Source: a virus (taxonomy: Duplodnaviria; Caudoviricetes). From it: 47,888 nt of DNA. The stretch covers positions 1-47,888 of the IMG/VR virus record IMGVR_UViG_3300015263_000331; one strand, 5' to 3'. Below are positions 36,143 through 47,300 of the stretch, piece after piece. Position numbers and translations under genes: made by a program. Under the pieces are notes generated by a model. The model was not told where the DNA came from. It searched no databases and saw only the letters and a program-made list of their open reading frames with translations. Within the stretch, counting starts at the first letter, position 1, and the number at the start of each line of letters is the position of its first letter.

Positions 36143-36607
36143 GTGACAGATCATAATGACGCAGCAAAGGAAGGCCGACAGATTCCGTGGAAGCCGGTGT
36201 CGATAGCAGGGATCATCACACTGATGGTGGCTATAGTTCCGATACACGATAGAGTGTACGACTCCCGCTATGTCCGAACGGATCGTGACAGTTTCGAGAA
36301 GGTTCACAAGGAATTCGCCCTAAAAGATCAGGTGCTCACTGTCAGTGAAGCGATGCCCATCAAGGAGCAGGTCGCCAAGATCGATCGGAACTCCTCCCAG
36401 AACACAGAAAAACTCGATACGCTACTTATCTCATCGGCGATCCAGTTGGCGATTTCCGCCGAGGATCGCTACGAGCGATTGAGCAATACACCAACAGCCT
36501 CGGAACAGGACGTACACGACGCCAAGGCTACAATGATCAAAGCCCAGCGATACCGGGATTGCTTGTTGGATCGACAACCCAACTGTCAGGCCTTAAGGGT
36601 CTGGTAA
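36143..36607 (+). CDS. Membrane-anchored protein of the lysis cassette (holin/antiholin-like)
   Basis: N-terminal TM segment, coiled-coil, two C-terminal Cys; SD GGAGGGG; coupled to the endolysin. Confidence 0.6.
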   Translation: MTDHNDAAKEGRQIPWKPVSIAGIITLMVAIVPIHDRVYDSRYVRTDRDSFEKVHKEFALKDQVLTVSEAMPIKEQVAKIDRNSSQNTEKLDTLLISSAIQLAISAEDRYERLSNTPTASEQDVHDAKATMIKAQRYRDCLLDRQPNCQALRVW

Positions 36608-37014
36608 TGAGTCTCGGGGCACGTCAGGAAGAGTTCATGGAGCTGGTGCCACGCTTGCTAGACAAGGTCCATGAGCTGGGTTTCAGAATCCGTGGGGGTA
36701 GCCTCTTCCGTGATCCACGCCTGCATGGCCAGAAAGGGCATCCAGACGTGATGACATGGCTGGAGACCAACTTCCCTGAGGCCTTCACCGCCGCAGAGGC
36801 GGCAGGGTATCGTGGCTACGGCTCACGAGTCTCGCTGCACAAAGACAAGTGCGCCATTGACCTGAATCTGTTTCTTGACGGCCAGCCAGTGACGGGTACT
36901 GACGAGCACGCTCCCATTGGCGCATGGTGGGAAGAACAAAACCCGCTGTGTCGGTGGGGTGGTCGCTTCAACGACGGCAATCACTACGAATATCTCGCTG
37001 AGCCGTGGCGATGA
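36607..37014 (+). CDS. Endolysin, peptidase M15 family
   Basis: R...SLH....AIDLNLF and RWGGRFNDGNHY zinc-binding motifs; ATG 36607. Confidence 0.9.
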   Translation: MSLGARQEEFMELVPRLLDKVHELGFRIRGGSLFRDPRLHGQKGHPDVMTWLETNFPEAFTAAEAAGYRGYGSRVSLHKDKCAIDLNLFLDGQPVTGTDEHAPIGAWWEEQNPLCRWGGRFNDGNHYEYLAEPWR

Positions 37015-37256
37015 AGGCCGCATTCACCGCCTTCGGCAGGTTTATCGAGAAACTGGTTGAGCAGCACAAACTGGTGCGCCGTGGGCTGGTTGTTTGGATC
37101 GTGGTTGAGATCACATGGGTAGTCGACCGGGTCTTCACCAGCCCGCACGAGATTACAGCGCCGGAGGCTACTGCATTTGGTGTGCTGACCGGCTTGTTGA
37201 CATTGGTCCTCGGGTTTTACCAACGAACGAGGAGCAAGGAGGACGGGGATAAGTGA
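37011..37256 (+). CDS. Holin-like protein with two TM segments
   Basis: Two hydrophobic segments and a charged C-terminus; between endolysin and spanins. Confidence 0.7.
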   Translation: MKAAFTAFGRFIEKLVEQHKLVRRGLVVWIVVEITWVVDRVFTSPHEITAPEATAFGVLTGLLTLVLGFYQRTRSKEDGDK

Positions 37257-37669
37257 GCGCTTTGGATTTAGCTAAAGGTCTGCTGGGCAAGGCCAACCCC
37301 TACGCGATCTACATCAAGTGGGGCGCGATCTTCGCAGTGGCCTTACTGGCTTTCTTCTATGTGCGGGGTGCTGAGCAAGCCAAGGCTGACGTAATCACCC
37401 TGTCAAGTGATTTAGATGAAGCGCAGGCGAACACACGCAAGAATCAAGAAGCCTTCGAAACCTGTTCCGCTGCCAATGAAGCGAACCGGGCGGAGGCCGA
37501 GCGCCAGCGGCACTTAGTCATGGTGGCTGAGGCCCGGATAGAGATGATGCGGCGACAAGCCGATATCAAAGTAGAGGATATAAACCATGAGGTGGGAACC
37601 TTCCGTAGCGCTGGGCTTGAGTGCCCTGCTCTCACTGATGATTTTCGTCAGTGGGTGCGCGGCTCCTAA
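37253..37669 (+). CDS. Rz-like inner-membrane spanin
   Basis: N-terminal TM segment, Ala-rich coiled coil, C-terminal Cys. Confidence 0.8.
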   Translation: MSALDLAKGLLGKANPYAIYIKWGAIFAVALLAFFYVRGAEQAKADVITLSSDLDEAQANTRKNQEAFETCSAANEANRAEAERQRHLVMVAEARIEMMRRQADIKVEDINHEVGTFRSAGLECPALTDDFRQWVRGS

Positions 37670-37901
37670 GCCGATAACCGTCTACGAAACCAAGGAGGTC
37701 GTGCGGGACCGGTATGTCCCTATCGACCCCTCCTTGACCGCCCCGGTGGATATAATCACCTTGTCGGAGGACTTCGATCTGTACGCACTGGGGGCGGCGT
37801 ACAAGGCCCAGAGAGTTCGTGCCGAACAGTGCAACGGCCAGCTTGCGGAGATCGCCAAGCTGGGCAATTCAATGAAACGAGAGGACCAATTCCATGAATA
37901 G
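37587..37901 (+). CDS. Rz1-like outer-membrane lipoprotein spanin
   Basis: Overlaps Rz in another frame; lipobox VSGC; YVPIDPSLTAP and CNGQL motifs. Confidence 0.8.
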   Translation: MRWEPSVALGLSALLSLMIFVSGCAAPKPITVYETKEVVRDRYVPIDPSLTAPVDIITLSEDFDLYALGAAYKAQRVRAEQCNGQLAEIAKLGNSMKREDQFHE

Positions 37902-38427
37902 CAAGATAAAGATCATCACCGCCGACACCAACCGGGAACAGATCGAGGCATTGCTCGATCAGAAAGAACTGATCGACGCGCAGATACGCCAGTTGCGCTA
38001 CGAAGAGCTGCACCCGCCGATTCAGGAATACCCGGATTTCGAGAGTGTTGAGTTCACCATGCTCGACACACTGGAGCCATACAACAACCTGAACATGACC
38101 CGCAAGGTGACGATGCATTTCATCGTTGCTGGCAAGGAATATACGTGGTCGAATCAGCAGGAGATGCCGGACTTTCAGGCCATTGCTTCTGGCGTGCAGG
38201 ACATCGATGCCGATACATGGATCATCGAGCTGCCGAAGATCGAGTGGAAAGAGGACATGTCCACAGAAGACAGAGCCATCGTGATTGGCCGCTTCGAGCG
38301 ATACAAGGGCGGCTTGCGCGACAACCTGCGGATGTGCCCTCAGGAGCTGAAGGACGCATACACCCGGACGCATGTCATGCCGAAGCGCCGAGCCGTATAC
38401 TACGTTTACCCGGTAGCGATGCCGTAG
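37894..38427 (+). CDS. Hypothetical protein
   Basis: 177 aa; GAGG SD; no family recognised. Confidence 0.7.
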   Translation: MNSKIKIITADTNREQIEALLDQKELIDAQIRQLRYEELHPPIQEYPDFESVEFTMLDTLEPYNNLNMTRKVTMHFIVAGKEYTWSNQQEMPDFQAIASGVQDIDADTWIIELPKIEWKEDMSTEDRAIVIGRFERYKGGLRDNLRMCPQELKDAYTRTHVMPKRRAVYYVYPVAMP

Positions 38428-38452
38428 GTCGAACACCAACAGGGACGTAGCC

Positions 38453-39340
38453 ATGAGTGGTCTAGTCAATTCGGTCAAGAAGGTCTTCAAGAAGGCGACC
38501 AACTTCGTGAAGAAATACTGGAAGCCAATTCTTGCAGCCGTCGCCATTTACTTCACGGCAGGGGTGGCCCTGTCCTACTTTGGGAGTACCGCTGGCTTTG
38601 CCAGCAGCTTACCGGGGTTCGGAACAGGGGGCCTATTCAGCAAGGCTGCTGTCTGGATGGGCTTCAACGGGACGGCAGGCAGCGGACTCTTCAACACTGC
38701 GGTGGCTGCGGGCAAGATCGCCCCAGCCATCGCCACAACCGCTAACACTACGGGCGTGCTCGCGGCGGATACCGGAGCGATCGGCGCAGGTGGTAGCAGT
38801 GGTGGCCTGTTTGTCAACCCAGTGACGGGCGAGGCTGGGGCCAAGGCTTCCGCTTCCATGCTGGCTGGCGGAGGCGGGGCTGCTGCCGGGGGTGGTGGTG
38901 GCGCACTGGTCGCGCAGCAGGCCACCCAGTCCGCAACCGAAAGCGCACTGGTCAAGGCGCTGGAAACCCAGACCAAGCTCAGCATGGTCAAGATGGGAAT
39001 CGACACGGTGTCCGGCCTGTTGGCTCCTGATCCGTACGAAGAGGCTCGCAAGATGCACGATCTGCAATACGCCTCTTCTTTCGGCGTAGACCGGCAGGGC
39101 AATGATACTTTTGGCTGGGGTAAGAGCGACAGCGCGGCTGGCTGGGCCAACATGAATAAACGACAGTCCGGGTTTGGTTCCAATGTGGGCTACGGAATGT
39201 CGTCCGACCAGAGCCAGTTCCGTGAAGCCCAGTTCGTGCCAACCCAGCACGAGCAGAACAACCCATATGGTCAGATGAAGCCACAGCAACCACCCGGACA
39301 GCCTGCCTTTGTGCAGCCGAGCATGAACCGGAGAGCGTAA
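38453..39340 (+). CDS. Putative ejection or pilot protein
   Basis: Basic amphipathic N-terminus (SVKKVFKKATNFVKK), hydrophobic Gly/Ala-rich segment. Confidence 0.65.
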   Translation: MSGLVNSVKKVFKKATNFVKKYWKPILAAVAIYFTAGVALSYFGSTAGFASSLPGFGTGGLFSKAAVWMGFNGTAGSGLFNTAVAAGKIAPAIATTANTTGVLAADTGAIGAGGSSGGLFVNPVTGEAGAKASASMLAGGGGAAAGGGGGALVAQQATQSATESALVKALETQTKLSMVKMGIDTVSGLLAPDPYEEARKMHDLQYASSFGVDRQGNDTFGWGKSDSAAGWANMNKRQSGFGSNVGYGMSSDQSQFREAQFVPTQHEQNNPYGQMKPQQPPGQPAFVQPSMNRRA

Positions 39341-40167
39341 TGCCAGAGTTCATTCCCCAAGGACAGGCCCCTCAGGGGCAAGGTGGGCAGGAGATGGTGG
39401 CCCCAGCTCCCGCCCAATTCCTCTCGCCTCAGCAATCCGCCCAGATGGCCCAGACCGGCATGCAGGCGCAGGGTCAGCCACAGGCCCCTCCGGGCGCTCC
39501 GGTGGGGGCTGGCATGGGTGCGACGCAGGAGGACCCGTTCAACGCGCCCGAGGAGCCAGCAACAGACGAAGAGGAGCAGCAGTTCGAGGACCTGTTCATC
39601 CGTACCATTGCCGCCGTCAATGACAACCGCAAGCCACCGAAGGGTCGGCGCTCGCTGGCTGATGAGGTGGTCAGGCAGTTGTCGCAGAAAGGCAAGGAGG
39701 CCTACATCGTCATCGGCGATACAGCAGGCCTGATCATGACCCAGATGGTGGATAACGCGAAGCGTCAGGGGGTGCAGTACGAAGGCTCGGTCGTCATGCA
39801 GGCTGGCATGGGCCTTATCGGTGAGTTGATCAAGATTGCCCGTATGTCCGGCGCGATCAAGAACCTACCAGAAGAGGATTCGGAAGAGGAGCAAAAGCTG
39901 GTTGAGCTGGCCGCGTTGCAGGGATCGAAGTATTTCGGTGAGTATCAGCTCTCCACCGGGCAGGCTGATCAGATGGGGCATCGCAAGGAGCTGGACGAGC
40001 AGATGCAGCGCGAGGCTGACTCAGGGCAGCTCGATGACTGGGGCATGGAGCAGATGAGCCCCGACATCCGGGCCTCTCTGATGCAACAGATCGGCGGAGG
40101 TGGTGGGCAGGGGCCGCAGCCATCGCCGCAGCCACAGGCCCCACAGGGAATGCAGGGAGCACGCTGA
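39340..40167 (+). CDS. Putative internal virion protein
   Basis: Gln/Pro-rich termini, helical core; TAATG coupling. Confidence 0.65.
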   Translation: MPEFIPQGQAPQGQGGQEMVAPAPAQFLSPQQSAQMAQTGMQAQGQPQAPPGAPVGAGMGATQEDPFNAPEEPATDEEEQQFEDLFIRTIAAVNDNRKPPKGRRSLADEVVRQLSQKGKEAYIVIGDTAGLIMTQMVDNAKRQGVQYEGSVVMQAGMGLIGELIKIARMSGAIKNLPEEDSEEEQKLVELAALQGSKYFGEYQLSTGQADQMGHRKELDEQMQREADSGQLDDWGMEQMSPDIRASLMQQIGGGGGQGPQPSPQPQAPQGMQGAR

Positions 40168-40168
40168 C

Positions 40169-41317
40169 ATGGGTCTGAACTGGTACGGTGGCGCTCAGGG
40201 CGCGTCAAAGGGTCTGGAGACCTTGCTTGGTGTTCAGTCAAAGAATATCGACATGCTCTACGATCAGGTAACGCGAGAGAATCACGATCGCTTTGCCTCC
40301 GCCGAGGCCGAGAAGCAACGACAGTTTGTGAAGGAACAGGCCGACACCGAGTGGAGTCGGAAGATGCCGCTCGAATACGGCAAGCTGAACCTGCAGGGAC
40401 AGCAGATCGAAGCCACTAATAAGTTGCAGCAGGCTCAGCTTGAGGCGACCACGGCGTACCAGAACGCCAACATTGGCATTCAGCAGCAGCGCAATGAGAT
40501 GACCGGTCTGGCCAATGCCGCCACCGCCGAGTCCAGACGAGCGACTAATGCCCGCGAGCAGGCAGCGGATGATCAGAAGACACTGGATGCGATCAACGAG
40601 AAGATCGCTGCAGCCGAAAAGGACATTGTGTCTACCCCAGAACAGCGCCAGTCCGACATCAACTATTGGAAGGAGCAGCGCCAGCTCGTAACGGAATACG
40701 GGGCCGATGGTGCGATGGACTTCACCAAGATACAGAGCATCATGGCTGGCCACCCACAGACCGAGTACTACGGGCGGGCCTATGCCCTGATGAAACCCGA
40801 GGAGCGGCGGAACGTGGACCGGGAGGCTCTGCGCCTTCAGAGAGACAAGAAGGCGGATGGCCGTCGCCAAGCCTACGCCATGGCGATCGACGCTGTGATG
40901 GGAGAAGGGGAGGCCCAGACCCCTGCCAAAGAGGAGAAACCGCCTCAGAATCGATCTGAGGGGCAGGGGCAGGCCACTCCAAAGGCTGAGACACCTGAAA
41001 AAAAGACTCAGCCCCAATTCACTGATCTTCCCGCGAAACCTCCGGGCTATGATTTCTCGGCTGAGAAGGGGATGACCCGTGAACAGCGAATCGCTGCCCA
41101 GAACACTGCGGCAGTGGCGACCAGTAAGTACAAGAAGGCCACCAAGGCGCAGGTTGAGGCGCTGGCCAAGGAGCTGGCCAAGAAGGACGGTTTTCAGATG
41201 TGGGGCATGCTGTTCCGTGGTCAGCGGAACAAGTACCTTGAGATGGCTCAGGAACAGATCGACAAAGCTCCTCGCGAGGACACGAGGTTTATCGCTGCTA
41301 GTGGTGGGTCGAAATAG
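40169..41317 (+). CDS. Putative ejection protein
   Basis: ATG 40169 after GGGAG; Gln/Ala/Glu-rich coiled coil. Confidence 0.65.
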   Translation: MGLNWYGGAQGASKGLETLLGVQSKNIDMLYDQVTRENHDRFASAEAEKQRQFVKEQADTEWSRKMPLEYGKLNLQGQQIEATNKLQQAQLEATTAYQNANIGIQQQRNEMTGLANAATAESRRATNAREQAADDQKTLDAINEKIAAAEKDIVSTPEQRQSDINYWKEQRQLVTEYGADGAMDFTKIQSIMAGHPQTEYYGRAYALMKPEERRNVDREALRLQRDKKADGRRQAYAMAIDAVMGEGEAQTPAKEEKPPQNRSEGQGQATPKAETPEKKTQPQFTDLPAKPPGYDFSAEKGMTREQRIAAQNTAAVATSKYKKATKAQVEALAKELAKKDGFQMWGMLFRGQRNKYLEMAQEQIDKAPREDTRFIAASGGSK

Positions 41318-41351
41318 CAGCCTATTAAAGCCCTGACGGGCTGGGACAGGC

Positions 41352-44300
41352 ATGGACAAGGATTATTCGTCGTTTGCGGAAGATAAAACCTATACGCAGG
41401 AAACGGAAGCTCCACCTTTAACCGCATCAGCAGCGCTAGAGATACCAGAATCAAGCGACTATTACTCGTCGTTTTCTAGCGATATCGACTATACCAAGGG
41501 CCCCGAACCAGCTCAGGGTGCGCCGGGAGAAGAACCCTCTTTCCTGAAGAACCTCGTCGCTGAGTGGGGTGTTGGTTCCGGTCAGCTCGCTCAAGGTATC
41601 GGGCAACTGATGGACGACTGGCTCGGATGGAAGAGCGGAGCTGAATTCGTCCGCAACGCAGGGCAGCGAGCCGAGGAGTACTGGAAAGGCTCGATCCCCG
41701 AGGACGAGTGGAACCGGATCGAGAAGGAGACTCAGAAGAACTTTATGACCCTCAAGGACGAGGGCGACTGGTGGAACCCCATGGACTGGGAGCGGGGCGA
41801 CATGGGTCTCGAAGGCTTGCTCTATATGGGCATGCAGTCCATGCCAGCCACGGTGGCCACCATGCCGATCGCCGGACTTGGTGGTAAGTTGGGGATGGCT
41901 GCGATCAGCAAGATACCGGGCGTATCCAAGCTGATAACCACTTCTAAGGTCGGAAAACTAGCTGAGGCGGCTGGCGGATCGGCGGAAGCGATCAAGGCCG
42001 GGAAGCGGGCCGATAAGATTCTAAACCGGATTCAGGGAACCCTCATGGGCACTACCTATGGTGGCGCTGAGGGCGCGATTTCGGCTGGCCAGACGGGCTA
42101 CCAAATCAATCAGCAGGTTGACAACATGCGGTTCGAGGACCTGCTGTTGAAAAGTGACTATGCCCGGAACGTATACGAGGCCCACATCGCCGAGGGTATG
42201 GACCCTGAGGAGGCGGCGAACCAGACACGGGAAATGGTCAAGGAGAAGGCCAGATCAGACGCCATGTGGAAGACCATGGTCACCACAAGCGCTCTGGGCG
42301 CTCCCATGGGCATGTTCTTCTCCTCCGTGCTGCTCAGGACACCATGGGCTAAGGCTTTCGCTTCCGGCAAGGTGGCTGGATTGGTTGAGGGCGCAGCAGG
42401 TGAGGCCGCACAGGAGACTTTGCAATCGGCCTTTGAGCAGTATTGGCAGAACGAGGCGACACAGAAGTATGCGGACAAGACGATCAAGCTCTCCGATGGT
42501 GTGTTCGAGGCTGCTCTCACAGGTGGTATTGTCGGCGGTGTTCTGGGTGGCGCTTTCGGCGTGGCTGGTACGCCAACTAAGGCTCAGGCCCAGAGGGAAG
42601 AAACCCGCACCCAGAACCTGAAGGACAACCTGAAGGTTGAGGTGCATTCACGACTGGCCGCTTCTAGTCTGATGCAGAACTATGGCAAGACGCCAGAGCA
42701 GGCTACTGAGATTATCACCCCGATTATGCAGCGCTACTCGGAAACCAGAAATCTGGTTGAGGCGGCTGCTGACCTGAAGTTCCTTGAGATGACAGGTCGT
42801 ACTCGTGAGCGTGGCCTTGATAATGTTGGGCAGGCCCAGCCGGATTACGGCGACCTCGATGTCAGTGTTGAAGAGGAGGCTGGGCAGGAGCGCAACGGCC
42901 ACACCCTGAAGTACCCAGCCGGGAAGATCAACGGCACGGTCGGCGCTGACGGCATGAACGTCGATATCGTTGGTCCGGGCACCGGCAATCGCATCTACAT
43001 CGCCGAGAAGTTGGCCCCTGATGGTACCTTCGAGCAGCACAAGGTCCTGTATGGCTTCGAAAATGAAGAGCAGGCCATGGATGCGTTCTACAGCACATGG
43101 GGCCGGGACGACGCCGACAACCTCGGCAACCTGACTGAGGTTAACAATCAGGAGCTGAACGACGCTCTGGCCCGCTGGACACGTGACTATGGAACTGAAC
43201 TGGGACCAGCCACCGATGAGCCGCTGACGCCAGAAGAGGACCTCGCGCTTCGCAAGGATGAAGACTTGCAGGTTGGCATCGAGGATGTCCAGTCCCAGCT
43301 TGATTATGTACAGAACGAGGACGGCTCTTACCCGACCGAAGCTGAGCCTCTGCTCAACCGCCTGAAGGTGCTACAGGAAGAGAAACAGCGCCGGATCAAC
43401 TCTGGTGAGTGGCAGCAAGAAGCGGGCGTGGAACAGCCCGTGGAACAAGGTGAACAGGGTTCCCAGCCAGAGGGCGAAAATCAAGCAACCACACAGGTTT
43501 CAGAGGAAGCTCCACGTGGAACAGAAGGGGGTGAAACACCACTCAGCCTGCGCGAGGGTGGCCGTACCATGCGCGGGCCATACCCGGAGCGGATACGGCC
43601 TTCCGAGGCTGCTGGTGCTGGTGAGAGGGCGGTCGATGTCGATTTCTTGCATCTCTCTCGCGAACCTGATCTGCAGGTATTGAAGGGCGAGAAGGCTAGC
43701 ACCTCCGCCGTCCGGCGTACGCGAGCCAAGGTGGGTCGTGAAGCCACTGCCAATCGAGTTTACATCTACGCCCAGCAAGAGAAGGCGATGGGTGGCCGTT
43801 CTGTTAGTGGCAATGAGTCCGTTGTCTCTCGGGCCTCGGATCAGGTCTACAGCGGGACCGCTACCAACCTGTACGACTTTGATGCTGATCCGCTGAACCT
43901 GCTGCAGGGGGCAAAGATGCCCTCTGAAAGCATGGAAGCCGCCATCCTCAAGGCGGGTTACGACGGTTGGTACTACGAGAAGTTCCCGAAAATACATGGC
44001 GGCATGGGCGTCATCCTCAACAAGGATGTGGCGGCGATGTATCACGGTCGCGCCCAGAAGGTTAAGGAGCTGTTGCGCGAGCCGAGCATGTTCCAACATC
44101 TGGTCGCGTGGGAAACCATCCCCGGCAGTGCCTCCCCATTTGCCGCAGCCACCTCTCTGCTGACCCCGGCAGAAGCTCAGGTGCTGAACGAGAAGCTGCT
44201 GCTCGGCGTGGTGATCCAGAAAGACCTCCGTAGTGATATGCTGGCCTCGGCCATGGGACTTCCATCGCGGCTGCTGTTACAGCGCTGGGGCGGATATTCC

Positions 44301-47300
44301 GGTAAGGTCATGCCGTCGATGCAGGTTGGTCTTGACAGCGCCCTGCAAGCCAACCTGTATTCGGCGGCGATTAAGCTGATCTACCAGCAGGATGCCGTGC
44401 CATGGATGCATGCCACGCCCAAGGGGGACAGGGACGGCATCGAAATCGAGCTGGACAGAACACCGACCCAGAAGCAGCTCGAAGCCTTCCAGCGTGAACT
44501 TGAGAAAAATCTCGGGCAGTTTGTTGGGTTCACGGTCATGCCGGATGGCAGGATCATGGTCGGGAACTACGATGAGAATGTATCCAGAGCGCAGTTTGTA
44601 GCGCGAGTGGATCGCTCGGCAGCAGTGCTTCCAAGTGGTACAATGACCTCCTTCAAGTTCGAGGGCGCGTATCGTGACGAAAGCCAGCAAGAAACTAAAG
44701 AACTTGCGCTACGCTGGGCAAGCGAAGCCGGATCACCGAATCTACAAGAGTGGATTTCAACTGCTCAGGCCCGTGCGGCAAAGGCCGCAGGGGAATTCTT
44801 CAGCTCCCTCCCAAGAAGCCACGCCGCCCGCCAAGCCTACGAAAACTCAGCAGTAACCCCGCTCAGCCTGCTGCCGGAGGAGTTCCAGCTCACTCCTCCC
44901 GACGAAGAGGCTGAGGCCGAATACAAGGACCCATTCTATTCAGCCCTTCTCCGAACGGTGGAGGAGGGTTCGCAGCGTGGTATGCCAAAGAAGGGAGCCA
45001 AGGCCATCAAGGAATGGCTGCTTGCTGCCCAGAGGAAAGGTCTGTTCAAGAAGGAGGAGTACGACTGGCTGGACCTTGATCGTGTGTTCGAGGATTACAG
45101 CGAGGTCGGCGCTCCCGAAATGAAGCGTCAGGACCTACTCGATTACGTTAAGAGAAATCAGGTCAGGATTGAGGACTCCTTTGCTGGTGCGCCAGACCGT
45201 GCAGCGTTCCGTCCTTACGATATAGCCCTCGGTGATCTGCTGGATTACATCTATACCCTCAGTGCCACCAGCGGGATCAATGAGAGCGCCCTGAAGATGT
45301 GGGCCAACGGCACTGACGTCGGGGGCATAGAAGCTATCCCAGAGCATCAGCGTAATGAGCTGCTGAGGCGTCATGAAAAGTTCATCCAGCTTGAGGCGCA
45401 GTCCATCGAGCGCGGCCTCAAGACGGATCGACCGGCAACCAAGTATGAGGAATACAGTCTGGCCGGTGGTCGGAATGCTCGCGAACTACTACTGGTTGTC
45501 CCCGGTATTGGTGAGTGGGGCGATGGGCATATATGGAATCAGGACGGTCGAAAGCGGGCGGTTGTTCATGTCCGATTCAACGACCGGATCAACAGCGAGG
45601 GTGGGCGTACGCTGTTTATCGAGGAGGTGCAGTCAGACCGCCATCAGGCCGGGCGCAAGGAAGGGTATCAGGCTCCTGATTTGAGCCGGAAGAATAGGGC
45701 GCTCAGGGAGCAGTTGACGCGAGTTGGTCGAGGTATCGACAAGATTGTTAAGGAGAACAACAATCTTGGATTTGATAACTCAGCAGAAGCGCAACTTTCA
45801 CTTGTTTCGAGAATGAGGCATGTGGGACGTGGTGAAGGCATTAGGTTGCACAATACAGTCTTCGGGTTTGAGCTGAACACTACCGAAGAAGCCGCGCAAC
45901 TTGGAGACCTGTTATGGGAAGCCAAGCGCCTTCGCCGCCTCCTTGATGATGTGGAATCCCAGCAGCGTATAGGCGTTCCACCAACGCCCTTTATGAAGAC
46001 CCAGACATGGGCCATGGTGGCGATGAAGCGCATGATCCGTTACGCCGCTGAGAACGGCTACGATGCCGTGGCATGGACGCCGGGAGATGTTCAGAATGAA
46101 CGCTATGGATTAGAGCGCTCGATAGATGCCATTAGATATAAGCCAACGGAAGGGTATCTCTACATCGAGTACTCCAATGGCAATGAGGATGTGGAGGAGC
46201 TTAGCGCGACCGAGATAGAAGAAGGAATGGGCATTGCAGGGCAGGTGCCAGAATGGATGCGGATTGAGATGTCCAGCAGCATAGATCAAGCTCACCAAGA
46301 TGCTGAATATTATTACGAACCAACCCTTCTCAAAGACACAGACTATATCGGCGAGGTGGCTGATCAACAAGGATTTGACCAAGAAGATTATGAGCCGGAA
46401 GGCTACGTCATCATCAACAATAGTGGGGACGTCGAGCGCACGTATGATGGTCAGATCGAGTGGTTTGAGGATGAGGAGGAGGCTCGCAAATGGGCGCTGG
46501 AAAAGGTCGAAGCGTCTGATGACGGTTTAATCATCTGGGGTGACGAGGAAGACAAGGTCGGTGGTGAAGGGATGCGCGGCTTCTATGATGACATCCTCGT
46601 CAACGAGGTGCAGAAGTTCGTCAAGAAATGGGGCGCTCAGGTAAGACCGTTCGGTACCGCCATCGACACCGAGGAAACCTTCGGAGATGAGATCGCCGGG
46701 GATATCAGCGATGAGGCGCTGAGGGTGGCTTTCGAAGAGAACCAGACGGTAGATATGGAAGGCAACGCATGGGGGTTGTCCTTTGAAGGGCCGGAGGGGG
46801 TACATCTGCTCAAGATGACGCCTGACTTGGTGGAGGCCGCGATGGGCGGTTTCCCGCTGTTTTCTCTGGGGCCGGACGCTAAACCCAGCGATCAGGCCCG
46901 CGCTCGCGAGCACGCAGAACGCCTCTATAACCGCCCCGACTGGACCGTGATCAACAAGGAGGTTGATGCCTCCGTGGCTGGAGCCGTCACACCTGAAGAG
47001 ATTCAGGACGCCATGGAAGAGTTCACGCTCATGGGCACCATGAGCCGGTACTTCCGCAAGTGGTTCGGCAACTCCCAGACGGTGGACGCCTTCGGCCAGC
47101 CGATCGTTTTTTATCATGGCAGTGGCGAGGGCATGATTGGTCGATTCCTGCCTAATCAGAGGGGTCAAATCTTCGTTTCCACCAACCCGGCCTTTGCTGG
47201 CGCATTCGCCGAGGTAAACTCTATGACCTATGGCTGGTCGGTGGACGAAGAGGACCCCAATTACACTCGCGCAGCTCCGACCATCTACCCTCTGTATGTT

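Noticed and set aside
41329-41342. Hairpin AGCCC-TGAC-GGGCT as a terminator before the giant gene
   Set aside because: Short stem with no downstream U-tract, next to the start region of the following gene.
7972-41359. Many long minus-strand ORFs in the late region (e.g. 17266-18309, 40238-41359)
   Set aside because: They are antisense shadows of GC3-rich plus-strand genes, with no SDs or recognisable motifs.
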